32,000 bases of DNA from Opitutales bacterium (GCA_965219535.1 CBDCNV010000001.1:2100001-2132000); one strand, 5' to 3'; positions 11,952 to 20,481 are shown, counted from the stretch's first letter. Notes: a model not told the origin generated them from the letters alone. Numbers and translations are program-made.

Positions 11952-13235
11952 ATGGCTACCGAAATAAAAGTTCCCTCAATGGGGGAATCGATTACGAGTG
12001 GTATAATCGCCACCTGGCATATTAAAGATGGAGACATCGTAGAGAGCGGTCAGGTCCTTTACGAGTTGGAGACCGATAAAATTACATCTGAAGGTCAGGC
12101 TGATGTAAGTGGTCAAATTAAATTAGCTGTCGCTGAAGGAGATGAAGTAGAGATCGGTCAAGTCATTGCCACGATCGATGAATCTGTAGCCGCACCCGCT
12201 AAAGCTGCACCGAAAAAACCAGAGAAGACTCCCGCCCTGTTTAAAGAGAAAGCAGTTGCTGAGAAAACAGTGGTAAAGGAAGAAAAACCACTTGAGCCCC
12301 AACCTGTTTCACCCGCAGTACGCCGCCTGGCTTCGGAATCGGGAATTGATCCAGCGTCGATCGAAGGCACGGGAAAAGGAGGTCGTGTAACGAAGGAAGA
12401 TTTAATTACCTCGAGTCCGGGTGCTGATGGTAAGGAAAAAGCGGAAAGTAAAAGCAATTTTACCCCTGTTGAAAAAACCGCCCCTTCTAAAACACTAGTG
12501 GATGCAATGCCCTCTCCTCCTCGTGCCTCAACTACAGAACGCAGCACGAGAAAGAAAATGTCACCGATGCGCAAGCGTATCGCTGAACGTTTAGTCGATG
12601 CGCAGCGCACGGCTGCTATTCTTACTACCTTTAACGAAACCGACATGAGCGCTGTCATGGGACTGCGCAAAACTTATCAGGAAAAATTTGTTGATAAACA
12701 TGGAGTAAAACTTGGATTCATGTCTTTTTTTGTTAAAGCAGTCGTAAACGCACTCATTGAAGTACCAGCACTCAATGGTCAAATCGACGGAGAAACACTT
12801 ATTGAAAATAATTTTTATGATATCGCGGTTGCTGTCGGGACGAAAAAGGGATTGCTCGTCCCCGTTGTCCGTGATTGCGATAAACTGAGTTTCGCCGAGA
12901 TTGAGAAAAATATCATTTCATATGCGAAAAAAGCGAATGATGGTAGTATAGCAATTGAAGATCTCCAGGGTGGAGTTTTTACCATTTCCAACGGCGGAAT
13001 TTTCGGGTCTATGCTTTCCACCCCTATCCTCAATATGCCGCAAAGCGGTATTCTGGGTATGCATACGATTCAACAAAGACCCGTCGTCGTTAATAACGAA
13101 ATTGTCATACGTCCCATGATGTATCTCGCACTTTCTTACGATCACCGGATCGTTGACGGTCGTGAAGCCGTTACCTTCCTCATTAAGGTAAAAGAGGCGA
13201 TAGAAGATCCATCAAGGCTTATGTTTGAGATATAA
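11952..13235 (+). CDS. sucB: dihydrolipoyllysine-residue succinyltransferase (E2o)
   Basis: Lipoyl domain with ELETDKIT, an Ala/Pro-rich linker, a peripheral subunit-binding domain ([14 protein letters not shown]) and a catalytic domain with SYDHRIVDG. Confidence 0.95.
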   Translation: MATEIKVPSMGESITSGIIATWHIKDGDIVESGQVLYELETDKITSEGQADVSGQIKLAVAEGDEVEIGQVIATIDESVAAPAKAAPKKPEKTPALFKEKAVAEKTVVKEEKPLEPQPVSPAVRRLASESGIDPASIEGTGKGGRVTKEDLITSSPGADGKEKAESKSNFTPVEKTAPSKTLVDAMPSPPRASTTERSTRKKMSPMRKRIAERLVDAQRTAAILTTFNETDMSAVMGLRKTYQEKFVDKHGVKLGFMSFFVKAVVNALIEVPALNGQIDGETLIENNFYDIAVAVGTKKGLLVPVVRDCDKLSFAEIEKNIISYAKKANDGSIAIEDLQGGVFTISNGGIFGSMLSTPILNMPQSGILGMHTIQQRPVVVNNEIVIRPMMYLALSYDHRIVDGREAVTFLIKVKEAIEDPSRLMFEI

Positions 13236-13246
13236 AAATCTGATTT

Positions 13247-14650
13247 ATGCCTGAGGATACTTTTGATTGTGCGGTGATCGGTTCAGGTCCCGGGGGTTAT
13301 GTCGCCGCGATTCGTGCCGCCCAACTCGGATTGAAGACCGCGATTATTGAAAAAGATAAATATCTTGGCGGGACCTGCCTGAATGTAGGCTGCATTCCCA
13401 GTAAAGCACTCTTGCACTCAACGGAGATGTTCCATTTCGCCGCCCACGAGAGTTCCGCTCACGGAATAAATACAGGTGAAGTTTCAATGGATATCGCGAC
13501 CTTGATGAAAAAGAAAACCGGTGTCGTCGATACACTGCGCCGCGGCGTCGAAACGCTGGTCAAAAAGAGGAAAATCGCAATCTTCAAAGGCCACGGTAAA
13601 TTGCTCGGCAATGGTAAGATTGGAATTAAAGGAGAAAAAGATTCAGAAGAAATAGCTGCGCGCAATATTATCCTCGCTACAGGATCCAAAGTCGCTGAAC
13701 TGCCATTCTTAAAATGTGACGGTAAACATGTTGTCTCAAGCGATGATGCGATCGCCTTCGATAGTGCGCCGGAAAGACTCATTGTTATAGGAGGTGGAGC
13801 GATTGGGTTGGAGCTGGGTTCTGTCTGGTCGCGTTTGGGAAGTGAAGTAACAATCGTTGAATTCCTGCCACGCATAGCAGCAACCTATGATCCGGACATC
13901 ACCCAGCTGGCAGAGCGTATTTTTAAAAAGCAGGGAATGAAAATTGAAACTTCGGCTGCAGTGACTGGGGTGAAAATAGATGGCGATTATTCCATAGTGT
14001 CTGTTGATAAAAAGGGTAAGACACTGGAATTTGGGGCGGACAAAGTTCTCCTCAGTGTAGGACGAGTGCCCTATAGTGAGGGGCTTGGCCTCGAAAAGGT
14101 GGGGGTAAGTAAAGATGATCGTGGACGAATAATAACCGATGAATCTTTTCGCACGAACGTCGAGGGGGTTTATGCTATTGGCGACACCATAGAAGGACCG
14201 ATGCTCGCTCATAAAGCGGAAGAAGAAGGTGTCGCCGCCGCGGAAATAATTGCCGGAAAAGCAGGTCATGTAAATTACAAGGCGATACCCAACGTCATTT
14301 ACACTGAACCCGAAATGGCAAGTGTAGGAATATCCGAAGAAGATGCCAAAGACCAAAATTTAGAAATCAGCATCGGCAAATTCCCTCTCGCCGCGAATGG
14401 TCGTGCAATAGCATCGGGCACCACCGATGGGATGGTAAAAGTAATTGCCGATGCCGTGACCGATCGATTACTCGGTGTTCAAGTTATCAGCCACAATGCA
14501 TCCGAACTGATTGCCGCCGCCGTCGTACACATGGAGTACTGCGGCAGCGCAGAGGACATGGCCCGAACCGTAACCGCTCACCCCACCCTTTCAGAATCCC
14601 TTAAAGAAGCCGCCATGGCCGTTGATAAAGCCTCAATCCACTCCTTGTGA
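13247..14650 (+). CDS. lpdA: dihydrolipoyl dehydrogenase (E3)
   Basis: FAD motif GSGPGGY, redox-active disulfide [13 protein letters not shown] and C-terminal HAHPTLSE-type motif (TAHPTLSE). Confidence 0.95.
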   Translation: MPEDTFDCAVIGSGPGGYVAAIRAAQLGLKTAIIEKDKYLGGTCLNVGCIPSKALLHSTEMFHFAAHESSAHGINTGEVSMDIATLMKKKTGVVDTLRRGVETLVKKRKIAIFKGHGKLLGNGKIGIKGEKDSEEIAARNIILATGSKVAELPFLKCDGKHVVSSDDAIAFDSAPERLIVIGGGAIGLELGSVWSRLGSEVTIVEFLPRIAATYDPDITQLAERIFKKQGMKIETSAAVTGVKIDGDYSIVSVDKKGKTLEFGADKVLLSVGRVPYSEGLGLEKVGVSKDDRGRIITDESFRTNVEGVYAIGDTIEGPMLAHKAEEEGVAAAEIIAGKAGHVNYKAIPNVIYTEPEMASVGISEEDAKDQNLEISIGKFPLAANGRAIASGTTDGMVKVIADAVTDRLLGVQVISHNASELIAAAVVHMEYCGSAEDMARTVTAHPTLSESLKEAAMAVDKASIHSL

Positions 14651-14829
14651 GTTGAGCTGTTAGCACTAACAAGGTAGGTGGAGCGGGCTACCTGCCAGCC
14701 ATAGCCTTGGCGAAGGTTGGTCTCTAGCACGCTTCTTCAGTTATGACATTCTCAAACGCGCTAGGGACAGCGCGTTCCACATTGGGTTGCAATAATTATA
14801 ATTAATTGTTGCTTAAAATTAATTTAGAG

Positions 14830-14913
14830 GAAGACGATGAGGCAGACGAAGACGAAGCTTTATAAGATTTGGTATAGCCAACACTCTTCGTCTTCGTCTG
14901 CCTCATCGTCTTC
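14830..14913. repeat. perfect 28-bp inverted repeat with a 28-nt spacer
   Basis: GAAGACGATGAGGCAGACGAAGACGAAG (14830-14857) is the exact reverse complement of 14886-14913. The right arm shares 22 nt with 4359-4380. It lies between the lpdA stop and tRNA-Ser. Confidence 0.85.
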
Positions 14914-14997
14914 GTCCCTCCCACTATTAAGTCCCATTTCATCCCGCATCCCGTATACCATTGACCATTAAGAAAAAATAAATAAATTCCGACAGTT

Positions 14998-15085
14998 GGA
15001 GAGATGGCAGAGTGGCCGATTGCGGTAGTCTTGAAAACTATTGAACCGAAAGGTTCCGGGGGTTCGAATCCCCCTCTCTCCGCCA
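14998..15085 (+). tRNA. tRNA-Ser (anticodon UGA), CCA encoded
   Basis: Acceptor stem GGAGAGA/TCTCTCC, anticodon arm GTAGT-CTTGAAA-ACTAT, long variable arm GAACCGAAAGGTTCC, T-arm GGGGGTTCGAATCCCCC and terminal GCCA. Confidence 0.9.
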
Positions 15086-15513
15086 TTTTATAAGGTATTA
15101 TTAATAATAACTTTATGAATGTTATAATTTAATAATATGCCAAAATTACAATGGTTATTACAATAAACTCACCAACATTCAAGGATGTCGCAGACACTAT
15201 TTAATAACTTTTCTCTATTGAAAAGAGAGGGATAAAAAAACACATTCCTCAACAATCGATGATCCATTAACCTGTATGAGGCGGAGGAGGTATTAAGTGA
15301 ATGAGGCTTTCCTGGCGATGTAGTTATTCCCACCCGCAAATTCGGACACCCTGCTTTCATGCGGTTTTCATTTTCTCTAACAACCGAGTGATCCCAACTC
15401 ATAGCCGCTGGTAAATTCGGCATGAGCGGTTACCAATTCACTTGATCCATTCGATTCAAAGAAAATTATAGCCTATCCGCAGATGTGTAAATGTTTCCTG
15501 ACTAATTTAATAA

Positions 15514-15993
15514 ATGACTGAATTTAATACTGGAATATTTGAATGGGATATTCGAGATATATCTTCCGCTCTATGTATTACACTGAATGACGCTCGCCTA
15601 TATTTTACAGATGGTAGAAAAGTATCATTTTTAATGGAACGTAGAATAGCCTACGAGGTGCTAAATGGCAGATTGGCACCGAGCGAGGGAGCTGGGTATG
15701 ATGTTATAGATGACAAGGGTTACAAATGGGAGGTGCGCAGCATTTCAAAGGGCGGTATTTACTTTTGCCCTAGCTATATGGTTGGATCAGGGCGTTCATT
15801 CAATGAATCGGGATTCCTCCAAAAAATAGAAGAAATCGAAGGCTTCATTGTCACGGATATTGAAAAATTTCCGGCTATTCCTTACTGGATTATTCCCGCG
15901 TATGAGGTAGTTCGCTGGTGGGAAGAAGGCAGCTTAGGTACTACTACTAAAATTACTCGCAAAAAAATGCTTGAGTTGCTACATTCAGGATAA
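15514..15993 (+). CDS. putative type II restriction endonuclease (small PD-(D/E)xK-like protein)
   Basis: 159 aa. Its stop overlaps the methyltransferase ATG (TAATG at 15991-15995). GYDVIDDKGYKWEVRSISKGG fits a D...E-x-K/R nuclease core. The sequence is AT-rich relative to the backbone. The assignment rests on context and a weak motif. Confidence 0.5.
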   Translation: MTEFNTGIFEWDIRDISSALCITLNDARLYFTDGRKVSFLMERRIAYEVLNGRLAPSEGAGYDVIDDKGYKWEVRSISKGGIYFCPSYMVGSGRSFNESGFLQKIEEIEGFIVTDIEKFPAIPYWIIPAYEVVRWWEEGSLGTTTKITRKKMLELLHSG

Positions 15994-17261
15994 TGGACGT
16001 CGAACAGTTGTCACTAATAGAAGAAGAAATTCCTGAGACACCTATTCTTACAACTCACGAGTTTGAAGAAGAACTGACGAAATTCAACGAATTTGGTAAA
16101 AATACTGTTATACAAGATTTCCCTGACTCTGATATTGATTTGCCTGTTTATGTAAATGAGTTTTGGACCTCTAAGCAAAGGGCCGCATCCTCGTTGCATG
16201 AAATTTCCTATAGAGCTTGCTTTAAGCCACAACTTCCGCGGTTCTTTATAAATAGGTTATCTCAATTTGGCGATATAGTATACGATCCATTCATGGGTAG
16301 AGGTACGACGTTAATCGAATCCGCCCTACTTAAAAGGTATGCCACAGGTTGTGACATTAACCCTTTGAGTCGTATTTTAGTAGAGCCAAGACTTACTCCA
16401 CCAGCACTAACTGCAATATTCGATAGGTTACGCAACCTTGATTTAGATTCTCCAACTTCAATTAACGACAAACTTCTGGCATTCTATCACCCTGTAACTC
16501 TGCTTCGCATCACTAATTTGAGAAAATATTTACTGGCCCGAGAATCAGAAGGAACTATTGACCCAATTGACTCTTGGATTAGAATGGTTGCGACCAATCG
16601 CCTCACTGGCCATTCGACGGGATTTTTCTCAGTTTATACACTCCCTCCAAACCAAGCTTTATCAATCGAATCACAAATAAAGATCAACGCGAAGCGCAAC
16701 CAAGTACCACCAGAACGCGACATAATATCGCTTGTTATTAAAAAAAGTCGATCCCTACTAAGCAATGTTGACTCTTTTACTCTAAAAAGAATTGGCGAAT
16801 CGGCTCGCAATTCATGTTTTATAACCGGAAGCTGTGACAGCACCCCTCAATTAAAAGATTCTACAATTCGCTTAGTTGTCACGTCCCCACCTTTTCTTGA
16901 TGTCGTAGATTACCAAAAAGACAATTGGTTACGTTGTTGGTTTAACGGGATTGATTCACACAGCGTAAGTATATGGCAGTTGAAAAAAAAGGAAGACTGG
17001 ATGGCTGCAATGACTAGAGTATTCTGCGAGCTAAAACGTGTTTTAATACCCGGCGGACACGTAGCGTTTGAAGTTGGTGAAGTTAGTGGAGGTAATTTAC
17101 TGCTAGAAACACTGGTAGTACCGGCTGCCATTAAGGCTGGGTTAAATCCAATCTTCGTCCTGATCAATGATCAAAAATTTACGAAGACTTCAAATTGCTG
17201 GGGTGTATCCAATTCAACTAAAGGCACAAATACTAACCGTATTATCTTGCTCCGTAAATAA
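15993..17261 (+). CDS. DNA methyltransferase (N4-cytosine or N6-adenine class)
   Basis: 422 aa. The AdoMet motif I DPFMGRGTT (with GCDINPLS following) precedes catalytic motif IV VVTSPPFLDVVDY. That gives an order of I, long middle region, IV (alpha-like). SPPF rather than DPPY hints at m4C. Confidence 0.85.
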   Translation: MDVEQLSLIEEEIPETPILTTHEFEEELTKFNEFGKNTVIQDFPDSDIDLPVYVNEFWTSKQRAASSLHEISYRACFKPQLPRFFINRLSQFGDIVYDPFMGRGTTLIESALLKRYATGCDINPLSRILVEPRLTPPALTAIFDRLRNLDLDSPTSINDKLLAFYHPVTLLRITNLRKYLLARESEGTIDPIDSWIRMVATNRLTGHSTGFFSVYTLPPNQALSIESQIKINAKRNQVPPERDIISLVIKKSRSLLSNVDSFTLKRIGESARNSCFITGSCDSTPQLKDSTIRLVVTSPPFLDVVDYQKDNWLRCWFNGIDSHSVSIWQLKKKEDWMAAMTRVFCELKRVLIPGGHVAFEVGEVSGGNLLLETLVVPAAIKAGLNPIFVLINDQKFTKTSNCWGVSNSTKGTNTNRIILLRK

Positions 17262-17382
17262 ATTTGATCAGTTCCCCTGGGAGAGGGCTGTGCTCGTTTT
17301 AGAGGGCTTGTGCTTATCTTAGCCTCAGTTGGTCAACGTTCAGCTACCGGCCCAAGCAGGCCAGTAGGAAAGCGCAGTGATT

Positions 17383-17501
17383 GGCCGCGTTCGGGCTACG
17401 CCCTCACTTCGCCAAGATCTCTCCTATACATCAATCCTAAAACCATTAACGCCCGGTTACTCTCTCACTTAATTATTGGTAGGAAAAACGGGGTCCGATC
17501 A
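17383..17501 (+). mobile_element. solo terminal fragment of an IS3-family element (type B/C end)
   Basis: TTGGCCGCGTTCGGGCTACGCCCTCACTTCGCCAAGATCTCTC...AAAACCATTAACGCCCGGTTACTCTCTCACTTAA...ACGGGGTCCGATCA matches the reverse complement of 22611-22740 and the end of the IS at 21686-21754. It stops at the IS terminus ...GATCA. Confidence 0.75.
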
Positions 17502-17749
17502 GGGGGACGTCTTTCTGGAGTCACCTGCTGCCCCGCTCACGGCTGGACTCACCCTTTCCGTGGCGTGGGGCATGTCCTAGTAATCAATCCTGCGGGCATT
17601 CCGGCGGCTATACGAATAGCGGTAACGGGCTTGAGGCCCTTACCGGGCCACCTTAGGGATGCGTCCGAGGGATTGCACGCACGCCGGAAGGCGGCTATTC
17701 ACCGGGTCGATGCGGCATCCTAGGGACATCGAGGTCCCGCTTTATGCTG
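17502..17749 (-). other. GC-rich, ORF-poor, hairpin-dense segment 3' of the TIR operon (candidate structured RNA or gene relic)
   Basis: All minus-strand frames contain stops. Several clean hairpins are visible on the minus strand: GGGAC-CTCGAT-GTCCC; CGGTAAGGGC-CTCAA-GCCC(G)TTACCG; GCTAT-TCGT-ATAGC; CGCC-TTCC-GGCG. There is also long-range pairing of TAGGATGC with GCATCCCTA. Confidence 0.3.
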
Positions 17750-18112
17750 TCACTGACCTGTTTGAACCTGCTTTTCAGGTGGAGCACCCCGGTTGTAGCT
17801 CTCGATCAGTCGATCCCGGGACTCTCTTTCCGAAGATCCTTTCTCTGATTGGAGACGATGACGCCGTGCTACTGGACCTTTTGGAATGGCAGAACAGAAC
17901 CAAGTATCCACTTCTAATGACTTGCACCTCAATTCGTATTCGCTCAGTGGAGGGAAGTTCGGATCGTGGGGGCAGGCTTGCGGATAGTTTCCGCCGATGA
18001 CGCACCCACACTCGAAAGAGTCAACTTCCTCTTGGTTCGGATCTTGATCATCGTAAGACACAATCCTTTCGACAAGTGGCGCTTCGCAATGAGAGCAGAG
18101 CAATTCGGACAC
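17750..18112 (-). CDS. Cys-rich small protein (zinc-ribbon-like), 120 aa
   Basis: A GTG start at 18112-18110 follows the TIR TAA stop (18115-18113) directly. Cys pattern is CSHC-x25-CGC-x9-C in the first 50 residues. The C-terminal third is charged and low-complexity, so the true 3' end is uncertain. Confidence 0.5.
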   Translation of the reverse strand: MSELLCSHCEAPLVERIVSYDDQDPNQEEVDSFECGCVIGGNYPQACPHDPNFPPLSEYELRCKSLEVDTWFCSAIPKGPVARRHRLQSEKGSSERESRDRLIESYNRGAPPEKQVQTGQ

Positions 18113-18682
18113 TTATTCTCGAAGGTTCAACAGCTCGTTCTCTAGCTCCTCAAAAGCTGTGCCTGTCGCAAGTTTCTCTAACTGAGATCGTCCCTTAGCC
18201 GCATATAGATCAGGGCGAATTACAGCCAAGAGACTAAGCGCAATTTCCTGCGCTGTTCGGTCTGCAGTAGGAAGAGCAACCATGTCGGCCAGAATGGGGC
18301 TTAAGGATGCGACCTCTTCCTTTCCAACGTTGTGCCAGATAGGGAGAAGTGTGAGTCTAGCTTCAATTTGGCGCGTGATAAGTGCGCGTAGCTCGGTTTC
18401 GGGCCATTTTTTTTTCAGGAACGATGGACTCACTACAACAATTCCGATCTGTGATTTAGCCATCCCCCGATCAATAGAACCTGATAGGCTGTCACCAAGT
18501 TTTAGAGAAACCTCATCGTACCATAACTTGACACCTAATCCGCCGAGGGCCTTCACTAGTGGTCGTACGAACTTTTCCTTATCTTCCCAAGCGTGAGAGA
18601 CGAAAGCATCCCAGTGCTCTGTATCTCCCGACATCGTTGTCACAGCCATCTCTCTTTTATTTGTTTCTACGATTTCATCCAT
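18113..18682 (-). CDS. TIR-domain protein
   Basis: 189 aa with the bacterial TIR pattern WDAFVSHAWEDKEKFVRPL, KLWYDEVSLKLGDSL, IGIVVVSPSFLKKKWPETELRAL (putative catalytic Glu) and LLPIWH, plus a roughly 50-aa helical tail. An alternative start is MAVTT at 18649. Confidence 0.9.
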   Translation of the reverse strand: MDEIVETNKREMAVTTMSGDTEHWDAFVSHAWEDKEKFVRPLVKALGGLGVKLWYDEVSLKLGDSLSGSIDRGMAKSQIGIVVVSPSFLKKKWPETELRALITRQIEARLTLLPIWHNVGKEEVASLSPILADMVALPTADRTAQEIALSLLAVIRPDLYAAKGRSQLEKLATGTAFEELENELLNLRE

Positions 18683-18834
18683 ACAGCCTGTAACTCTCTT
18701 GTCAAGCTGGTCGAGACCTAAACGACCAACAATACTACTTATGGTTCTTCGCCAAGTAAGGATGACCTGTTTACCCGATCATTTTTTCGCCAGAACACGT
18801 GTGAGGTCATTTACAGCAACTTGCACGACCAATG

Positions 18835-19499
18835 ACCGGAATGTTCGGCCTTGGGCGGCAGTCCGGTGCAGACATCCCTGCGCCGACGCCTTGGCTTTCG
18901 TGGGGGTGTCGCCAGACCCAGTTCACGTCGCAGACCTTGCACGAGCCGTTTACCCACCTGCCAACCTTCGTCCTTCAACAGCTTCGTGATCTTCGCATAG
19001 CCCCACCTTGGTGTACTGCTATGACAAACGCCTTATAGGCATATGTAGAGCTGTGTAGACAGAAAGTACCGGCACCCCGCTCGCATCGAACACTGGCCCC
19101 GAGCCACAAGTCTCTCTGCCACTTGCCGCTTGTGCCCAGCGCTTACTACCGAGCATAAGCGACATCTACCATTTTTTTTCAAGCGTCTCCTGCAGGATCT
19201 CTATCCCCAGCAGCTTGTCTGCGAGCATCCGTTTTAGCCGCGCGTTCTCCTTCTCGAGCTCCTTCATCCGCTTGGCTTGGTTGACATCAATCATCCCAAA
19301 CTCACGCTTCCAGCGATGGAAGCTCTGTTCGCTTATGTTGTTCTCGCGGCATACTTCCAGGATCGTTTTCCCTTTGTCTGCCTGGCGCAGCATCCTTATC
19401 TTCTCTTCGGTCGTGTATCTTTTGCCTTTCATTGTCTGAGTCCTTTTTAGGTTACCCAGACTAACTTTTCAAGTGTCCCAGTTTTCGTGGTCACGACCA
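18835..19499 (-). mobile_element. IS3-family element type A, copy 1 (5' part only, truncated and internally deleted)
   Basis: The terminus TGGTCGTGACCACGAAAACTGGGACACTTGAAAAGTTAGTCTGGG lies at 19499 on the minus strand. orfA is intact. The N-terminal orfB region matches 30350-30700 and then breaks off near 18835. It lacks a roughly 45-nt stretch present in copy 3. Confidence 0.85.
19166..19432 (-). CDS. IS3-family transposase OrfA (HTH + leucine zipper)
   Basis: 88 aa: MKGKRYTTEEKIRMLRQADKGKTILEVCRENNISEQSFHRWKREFG...KELEKENARLKRMLADKLLGIEILQETLEKKW. It ends at an A8 tract (19172-19179 on the plus strand). Confidence 0.85.
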   Translation of the reverse strand: MKGKRYTTEEKIRMLRQADKGKTILEVCRENNISEQSFHRWKREFGMIDVNQAKRMKELEKENARLKRMLADKLLGIEILQETLEKKW

Positions 19500-19699
19500 T
19501 TCACCCTCAACTAAATATTAAGATAACAAAAAAATTCGATACCGAGGTCGGAAAAGCTGGAGCTAACAGTTCAGTTGGGACTATTCACTTTTTTTTGAGA
19601 GCGACAGATCAATCGCAGGTCACTGATTTCCAATTGTCTGTCGCTGCCCAGCTTCTTTATCAAGCATGAATAGTGCGGCTGGCTCATTACCGGCAATTT

Positions 19700-20164
19700 T
19701 TAATTGCTATCACACATTTGTCGCACTGTCGTTTCTTCTTCTATCTGTTCATCAATGAACCATCGGACAAAGCTTTTTGTCTGAAAATCTCCAGTTTTGT
19801 CTGCTAATTGATAGATCTCACCTATCTTAACCGAACCTTCACGTTCTTGCATAAGGGACGTCTGAAAGACATCGATGATGCTCTTATATTTATTTTTCGG
19901 TGAGGATATCGGCTTTAAATCAACATTACCGTCTCTATTAAGAAGATAATCAAAGATTTTCATCGCATGCTGAAATTCCTCTTCCACCTGCATGCGTAAC
20001 CAGTTAGCAAACCCCCGGAACCCTTGCCCATCCATCCACGCCGACATCGCGAGGTATTGGTATTGGGCGTTTAATTCCATGTTAATCTGTTCATTGAGAG
20101 AGGCCTCAATTTTTTTTGGGAGATTGTTTGCCAGCTTATCACTAGCGCTGCTTATGTTGCTCAT
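19700..20164 (-). CDS. ferritin (non-haem, ferritin-like diiron protein)
   Basis: 154 aa with ferroxidase-centre pattern NMELNAQYQYLAMSAW, QVEEEFQHAMKIFDYL and FIDEQIEEE. Confidence 0.9.
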   Translation of the reverse strand: MSNISSASDKLANNLPKKIEASLNEQINMELNAQYQYLAMSAWMDGQGFRGFANWLRMQVEEEFQHAMKIFDYLLNRDGNVDLKPISSPKNKYKSIIDVFQTSLMQEREGSVKIGEIYQLADKTGDFQTKSFVRWFIDEQIEEETTVRQMCDSN

Positions 20165-20293
20165 AGGTTTCTTTTTTATAGTTCTTATGTCTGTTTGAAC
20201 TAAAAGCTAAATTAATAAGATTAATTGTCAAATAGTGAGTTTTCTATCCGCGTTTCCTGGTGTATGGCATAGATCTCATTAATTAGTTGAAAA

Positions 20294-20481
20294 TTATTTA
20301 ATCCAAACAAGTGTTCCTTTCGGGGCCTCATTGAAAAGGGTGATAACATCCTGATTTTTCATTTCGATACAGCCGGAAGACTGCGGGGTGCCGATAAGAT
20401 CTTCATGATTACTGCCATGAATATAAATAAATCGATTATAAGTGTCGCAATTTGGGCCTTGATTTTTTCCCGGTTCGAGCC
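20294..20481 (-). pseudogene. 3' fragment of an L,D-transpeptidase (YkuD) gene, cut by an IS
   Basis: The minus-strand translation is ...LEPGKNQGPNCDTYNRFIYIHGSNHEDLIGTPQSSGCIEMKNQDVITLFNEAPKGTLVWIK*. It contains the HG...S-x-GC catalytic motif. The upstream part is replaced at 20482 by the IS terminus. Confidence 0.75.

Noticed and set aside
1680-14356. Many 60-200-aa ORFs overlapping or antisense to the backbone genes (e.g. 1680-1868, 2105-2452, 2346-2807, 7450-7989, 10198-10527, 12158-12670, 13459-13875, 13736-14356).
   Set aside because: Each lies inside a longer ORF with unmistakable family motifs (NagB, the 588-aa ORF, SucA, SucB, Lpd). They have odd composition and are best explained as shadow ORFs.
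14802-15086. 94-aa minus-strand ORF ending in [10 protein letters not shown].
   Set aside because: It runs antisense through the tRNA-Ser gene and the 28-bp inverted repeat. The Ser run is just the GAAGAC/CTTCGT repeat read as codons.
15169-15423. 84-aa minus-strand ORF between tRNA-Ser and the R-M genes.
   Set aside because: No motif, no plausible ribosome-binding site and unusual composition. It is probably non-coding spacer.
14998-15513. tRNA-Ser as a classical attB with an integrase and a downstream direct repeat of its 3' end.
   Set aside because: No integrase-like reading frame lies in the 430 bp after the tRNA. I found no second copy of GGTTCGAATCCCCCTCTCTCCGCCA in the window. The only tRNA-like repeat (22174-22207) is tRNA-His-like.
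17502-17749. Possible identity of the structured block as SRP RNA (CC-GGAA-GG loop on the plus strand), a cobalamin riboswitch or RNase P RNA (GGAAAGGGTGAGTCC), or the 5' end of a group II intron (GTGCG on the minus strand at about 17675-17686).
   Set aside because: In each case only a short motif matches. The flanking conserved elements are absent: the SRP symmetric loop, the B12 box GCCACTG, RNase P P4, and intron domain V or a reverse transcriptase ORF. It is kept only as an unassigned structured region.
17310-18000. Plus-strand ORFs 17310-17723 (137 aa) and 17659-18000 (113 aa).
   Set aside because: The first reads across an IS terminal fragment into the GC-rich block. The second is antisense to the Cys-rich ORF. 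Both are Arg/Gly/Pro-rich, as expected for open frames in GC-rich DNA.
18699-19439. ORFs 18699-18989, 18832-19038 and 19215-19439. The same reasoning applies to 27435-27752, 26878-27282, 30183-30539, 30205-30516, 30536-30775, 30615-30989 and 30691-30978.
   Set aside because: All are antisense or out-of-frame readings of IS transposase genes. They recur wherever the IS recurs.
19590-19650. 9-bp inverted repeat AGCGACAGA...TCTGTCGCT downstream of the ferritin gene, considered as its terminator.
   Set aside because: The loop is about 28 nt, and on the ferritin strand an A-run rather than a U-run follows the stem.
20165-20293. AT-rich sequence upstream of ferritin (AATAAGATTAATTGTCAA), considered as a Fur box.
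   Set aside because: It matches the 19-bp Fur consensus poorly, and the region is generically AT-rich.
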